Shown here: piece by piece, positions 7,105 through 10,221 of the stretch | Layout: every line of letters begins with the position of its first letter | Position numbering within the stretch: the stretch's first letter is position 1 | Assembly (NCBI GenBank): GCA_016180085.1 | Contig: JACPBX010000028.1 | Span: 1 to 10,221, forward strand | Direction: 5' to 3' | Length of the DNA: 10,221 nt | DNA from: Candidatus Woesearchaeota archaeon | GTDB taxonomy: Archaea > Nanobdellota > Nanobdellia > Woesearchaeales > UBA10216 | Notes under the pieces: model-generated | The model's input: only the letters and a program-made list of their open reading frames with translations | The model's database searches: none | Told to the model about the DNA's origin: nothing | Position numbers and translations under genes: made by a program

Positions 7105-7574
7105 TTGAGCAGCACCCCAAGAACGACACCGATTATTATGCCTGCAATTACGTCTGTAATGTAATGCTTTCGTAGGTAAATCCGCGAATAGCCTACGAGC
7201 AGAGTGGCAAGAAGACCTATAGCAATAGTGGCAGCACTAGGATACGCAAAGGTGAGGAATGCTGACACAGCCGCGATTCTGGCCGTGTGTATACTTGGGA
7301 AGCTGCCAGCTTCGTATTTCTGGTAGAATGTTTTCCTAGGCATAGGGACAGGCCTTTCCTTGGGATAGATGAACTTGAGGATGCCGCAAAATGCCTCGGC
7401 AGCCGCCAAAATTATTGCTAGTTTTACAGCCGCAGCAAAATTAAAAGTTGCGAGAACGACAGCAAGGGGCACATAAAAGAACGGCGTGCCAAGCAGGGTG
7501 AACACCAAGAAGATGCGGCGAAGCCAATTAGCCATGCCTTTCAGCGTAAGTATGGTTTTTATCAATTTTTGCAT
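7101..7574 (-). CDS. PAP2-family membrane phosphatase (polyprenyl-phosphate / lipid-phosphate phosphatase-like)
   Basis: C1 K-x6-RP (KFIYPKERP), C2 PSIH (variant of PSGH), C3 SR-x5-H-x3-D (SRIYLRKHYITD), hydrophobic helices. Start uncertain: ATG 7574 or ATG 7535 (MANWLRR...); TTG 7580 is unlikely. Confidence 0.88.
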   Translation of the reverse strand: MQKLIKTILTLKGMANWLRRIFLVFTLLGTPFFYVPLAVVLATFNFAAAVKLAIILAAAEAFCGILKFIYPKERPVPMPRKTFYQKYEAGSFPSIHTARIAAVSAFLTFAYPSAATIAIGLLATLLVGYSRIYLRKHYITDVIAGIIIGVVLGVLLK

Positions 7575-7582
7575 GAGCAAAG

Positions 7583-7592
7583 AATTTAAATG
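7583..7592. promoter_or_regulatory. Palindromic TTTAAA TATA box in the 40-bp gap between the divergent PAP2 and hydrolase 2 genes
   Basis: ATTTAAAT at 7584-7591; TTTAAA starts 30 nt before ATG 7615; it is the only TATA-like element in the gap. Confidence 0.55.
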
Positions 7593-7614
7593 GTTGCAGT
7601 GTATGGGAAACCAT

Positions 7615-8820
7615 ATGTCTGTGTGGTTGCAGCGCCTAAAACATCAGTCGAGGGATGTTGTCTTTCGGAAAAGGGAGGATATCCGCCAGGAGGACATCCA
7701 CGCCGGGAGGGTATATGGCACGTTCTACATTAAGCAAGGCACGAGTCCAAACAGGGGCGTGCTTATGCTTCCCGGAGTTTCTGGGAGCCGGCATGCGCTT
7801 GGTGTTCTTGGTCAGCATCTGGCTGATGCTGGCTTTTTTGCGTTGAGCATTGACCTTCCCCTACACAACAACAATCTGAACGATCGATTGACATTTGGCG
7901 AGACCAGTGAGATTATCACCGAAGCTGTTTTGCTGATGCGGCGGCAGTACGGCATGACTGGCGTTGTCGTGCTTGCGCACAGCACGAGCGCTCTGGCCGC
8001 GCTCTTTTCAGCTATGGGCTATAACGTTGCCGTGGAGGAGAGCGTCTACAAGCTGTGGGAGTATATTTACTCAATGCTTGCCTACATACAACTGATTGTT
8101 GCAAAGTTCCCAACGTATAATACCACTCCTCTCTTTGAGAACATCGAGAAAGCATATGGAAAGATTCAGACTGTTGTGGTGACTGCGTTGAAGAATGGCA
8201 TTGCCTCACATACGGTGATCGCAGGGTACATCCTGCTGGCCGCGCCGCTTCATTTCAAGGGTGCGTTTCCCGGCATTTGCTTGCTGCGCCCGCTGCCCCC
8301 GCTGCTGCGGAACCGCGTGTTTGAAACACTCATAATTCATAAAAGAATAGAGAAGAAGCATTACAAAGAAGGACATGAATACCCGTATGTGCGTGAACAG
8401 AATCCAGAGTATGCGCGGTGGTGGGCGTTAAAGACGCAGCACCTTGATAAACTACTCGAGTACATCCAGCAGGTAAGAGAGCCGAAGGATTTTCTCAAGC
8501 TTATGGAGGACTTTGCAAGCGGAGAGCAGGACGAGCATACCAACTTCTTCAGGTACTGCCAGAAGTTTCTGGAGCGGAAGCCAAAACTATTCATATACGG
8601 CAAGTGGGATTTCTACTTGCGGCCTTTCATTCCAGGGAAGAGAAAACAGATAGAACAGTTCTACAGAAGCTGTACGAATGCGGAGATCTATTATGGTGAC
8701 TACAGCCACATAATGCGGGAGCGTGCTGCGCACCAAGTGTCTACGATTGGGGTAACGAATCCGGAAGTTACAGAGCGAATCATGTTATTCCTTGATCAGC
8801 ACCTGCGCCGGTTCATCTGA
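7615..8820 (+). CDS. Divergent alpha/beta-fold Ser hydrolase (lipase/esterase-like), 401 aa, with a large insertion
   Basis: LPGVSGS (oxyanion region), SIDLPLH, nucleophile elbow VLAHSTSA (AHSTS 7975-7989), FIYGKWD (acid), YSH (His). Start moved from 7486 to ATG 7615 to avoid antisense overlap with PAP2 and to fit TATA spacing. Confidence 0.72.
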   Translation: MSVWLQRLKHQSRDVVFRKREDIRQEDIHAGRVYGTFYIKQGTSPNRGVLMLPGVSGSRHALGVLGQHLADAGFFALSIDLPLHNNNLNDRLTFGETSEIITEAVLLMRRQYGMTGVVVLAHSTSALAALFSAMGYNVAVEESVYKLWEYIYSMLAYIQLIVAKFPTYNTTPLFENIEKAYGKIQTVVVTALKNGIASHTVIAGYILLAAPLHFKGAFPGICLLRPLPPLLRNRVFETLIIHKRIEKKHYKEGHEYPYVREQNPEYARWWALKTQHLDKLLEYIQQVREPKDFLKLMEDFASGEQDEHTNFFRYCQKFLERKPKLFIYGKWDFYLRPFIPGKRKQIEQFYRSCTNAEIYYGDYSHIMRERAAHQVSTIGVTNPEVTERIMLFLDQHLRRFI

Positions 8821-8842
8821 AAAGGCAGCCGATAGCGGCAGC

Positions 8843-8850
8843 TTTATATT
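8843..8850 (+). promoter_or_regulatory. Putative TATA box of the phosphoribosyltransferase gene
   Basis: TTTATATT starts 30 nt before ATG 8873. Confidence 0.6.
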
Positions 8851-8872
8851 TGCATAAATCAGCTGCAGTGCC

Positions 8873-9508
8873 ATGTTCCAGGACCGCCTCGAGGCAGGCA
8901 GGCAGCTGGCTGCAAAACTTGTCGAGAACAAAGGCAGCAAGAACGCAATAGTTTTAGGAATACCCCGGGGTGGTGTTGAGGTTGCCTATGCGCTTGCAAG
9001 GGAGCTGAAGGCTAAGCTCGGCATCGCTGTTTCCAAGAAGCTGCCTTTTCCCGGCAATCCCGAGCTGGCAATAGGCGCCGTTGCCTTTGGAGGCGTAGTC
9101 AGCATGGACGACAGCTTTGCATTGCAGCACGGCGTTGGAAAGGACTACGTTGAAGTTGAGAAGAAGAAATTGGCAGCTGAGATTAAAAGGCGCTATTCAG
9201 CTTACGGCGTTAAGTTTCCAAACGTCAAAGGCAAGACAGCTGTTGTCGTTGATGATGGCATGGCGACAGGCCATACTGTCCTGGCAGCAGTAAGGGCGGT
9301 AAGGAAGGGCAAGCCAAAGAGAATCATCGTTGCAGTTCCTGTCTCTTCACAGCAGGCTGCAGGGCTGCTAAAGGCAGAAGCCGACGAGGTAATCTGCCTT
9401 GACACGCCGGAATGGTTCATGGCCGTCGGAGAGTTCTACAGGAGCTTCCCGCAGCTCACAGATGAGGATGTTACTGGTTATTTGAAATCCGCAAAGGCAA
9501 CCGCGTAG
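8873..9508 (+). CDS. Type I phosphoribosyltransferase-family protein (predicted PRT, 'FxDRxEAGRxLA' family)
   Basis: MFQDRLEAGRQLA, VLGIPRGG, PRPP-binding loop VVVDDGMATGHT, AVPV, VGEFYRSFPQLTDEDV. Confidence 0.92.
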   Translation: MFQDRLEAGRQLAAKLVENKGSKNAIVLGIPRGGVEVAYALARELKAKLGIAVSKKLPFPGNPELAIGAVAFGGVVSMDDSFALQHGVGKDYVEVEKKKLAAEIKRRYSAYGVKFPNVKGKTAVVVDDGMATGHTVLAAVRAVRKGKPKRIIVAVPVSSQQAAGLLKAEADEVICLDTPEWFMAVGEFYRSFPQLTDEDVTGYLKSAKATA

Positions 9509-9559
9509 AAACAGCACTAAGAAGCAGCGGACAGCAGCGATTTATTCAAGGCATTTCGC

Positions 9560-9730
9560 CTATCCTTCACCATACCTGCTGTACAGCGCCAGGTCCAGCG
9601 CTCCGAGAAGCAGGAAAAAGGCAGCAACTGCTACCCGGATTTGATTGAAGCCGTAAAAAATGCCGGCAACTGCAAAAACCAGGCCAACAGCTATGGAAAA
9701 CCTGCCAAATCCCTTGTAGCTGCTGCACAT
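9560..9730 (-). CDS. Small two-helix membrane protein (56 aa)
   Basis: ATG 9730 lies 7 nt after the stop of the zinc-finger gene. MCSSYKGFGRFSIAVGLVFAVAGIFYGFNQIRVAVAAFFLLLGALDLALYSRYGEG has two hydrophobic stretches. The longer track ORF (to 9949) is an out-of-frame overlap with the zinc-finger gene. Confidence 0.65.
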   Translation of the reverse strand: MCSSYKGFGRFSIAVGLVFAVAGIFYGFNQIRVAVAAFFLLLGALDLALYSRYGEG

Positions 9731-9737
9731 CAGCGGC

Positions 9738-10169
9738 TTATTTTTTGGGCTTTTTTGCCTTAGGCTTGGCTTGCCTGACTCGCTTGGCTTCATTTGCGCT
9801 TTCCTGTTTTTCCCGTTTTTCACTAATAACTGCGGCTTCCGCAGCAATTTGAGCAGTTGCTGTTTGTGCGCTGTTTTTGTGAACCGGGTTCGCAAGTTCC
9901 GCAGAAACCCTTTTGAACGTGTCAATCTGCTTTTCTGACAGCGACCCAAAACGCAGGTAGTTTGATTTTATGCTCCTGAGGAACGAGGACTCCTCATACA
10001 GCTTATTGTCGATGTCAAACAGCTTCCTGAATTTCTCATCTGTTATTGGCTGGCTAATTTGCTTCATTGAGCAGGAAGTGCAGATTGGAAACTGGCCCCT
10101 GGTGCTTATCAGCACGTGGTTCTTCCTGCAGATTGCGCACAGCTGCTTGTATTTTGGTCTCCACGCCAT
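9738..10169 (-). CDS. Hypothetical protein with C4 zinc finger (CxxC-x15-CxxC), LSEKQ helical motif and Lys-rich tail
   Basis: CAIC...CTSC at 10071-10139, FLRSIKSNYLRFGSLSEKQI, tail KRVRQAKPKAKKPKK; TATA-like TTAATATA starts at 10200. Confidence 0.85.
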   Translation of the reverse strand: MAWRPKYKQLCAICRKNHVLISTRGQFPICTSCSMKQISQPITDEKFRKLFDIDNKLYEESSFLRSIKSNYLRFGSLSEKQIDTFKRVSAELANPVHKNSAQTATAQIAAEAAVISEKREKQESANEAKRVRQAKPKAKKPKK

Positions 10170-10192
10170 TCTATTGCTGGTATGGCAACAGC

Positions 10193-10200
10193 TATATTAA
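10193..10200 (-). promoter_or_regulatory. Putative TATA box of the zinc-finger gene
   Basis: Minus strand reads TTAATATA starting 31 nt before ATG 10169. Confidence 0.5.
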
Positions 10201-10221
10201 CTTAACCTAGCGGCTCGTTTT

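Noticed and set aside
7486-7614. 43-codon N-terminal extension of hydrolase 2
   Set aside because: It is antisense to the PAP2 5' end and spans the TATA box; ATG 7615 fits the 30-nt rule.
3602-8869. TGCAG between TATA and start in four promoters (3602, 5134, 7595, 8864)
   Set aside because: Position varies from +10 to +21 and GCAG/CTGC words are very common in this genome, so it is probably compositional.
9731-9949. Long version of the 9560-9949 ORF, suggesting a 129-aa overlapping or frameshifted protein
   Set aside because: The upstream part is an out-of-frame shadow of the Lys/Ala-rich zinc-finger tail; I saw no convincing frameshift signal, and ATG 9730 follows the upstream stop by 7 nt.
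2212-10200. Remaining short shadow ORFs over rps15, the methyltransferases, hydrolases, GT4, PRT and the zinc-finger gene
   Set aside because: They overlap confident CDSs and lack motifs or promoter support, unlike 3346-3549.
1-10221. tRNA, rRNA, CRISPR array, IS/transposase or integrase
   Set aside because: All intergenic gaps are short, and I saw no cloverleaf, repeat-spacer array, terminal inverted repeats or recombinase motifs.

Overview
Archaeal genomic DNA, most likely DPANN (Woesearchaeota-like). This is inferred from an archaeal-type uS15, an archaeal RecJ/GAN-type DHH nuclease and TATA-box promoters. Left end: the 3' part of a conserved archaeal protein with an S-layer-C-like motif and a C-terminal DxDxDG Ca-binding loop, converging on the rps15-recJ pair (minus strand). 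Middle (about 2.7-8.8 kb): a compositionally distinct, envelope/lipid-flavoured accessory block. It holds two tandem paralogous SAM methyltransferases with an antisense membrane-gene fragment between them, an alpha/beta hydrolase with a Cys nucleophile (GHCFG), a GT4 diacylglycerol-glucosyltransferase-like enzyme, a translationally coupled PAP2 phosphatase + UbiA (DPPR-synthase-like) pair in the mycobacterial Rv3807c-Rv3806c order, and a divergent Ser hydrolase. Right end: a type I phosphoribosyltransferase, converging on a small two-gene unit (C4 zinc-finger protein + 56-aa membrane protein). Almost every transcription unit has a TATA hexamer starting 29-31 nt before its start codon, which points to leaderless, mostly separately promoted genes. 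I found no rRNA, tRNA, CRISPR array or transposase.
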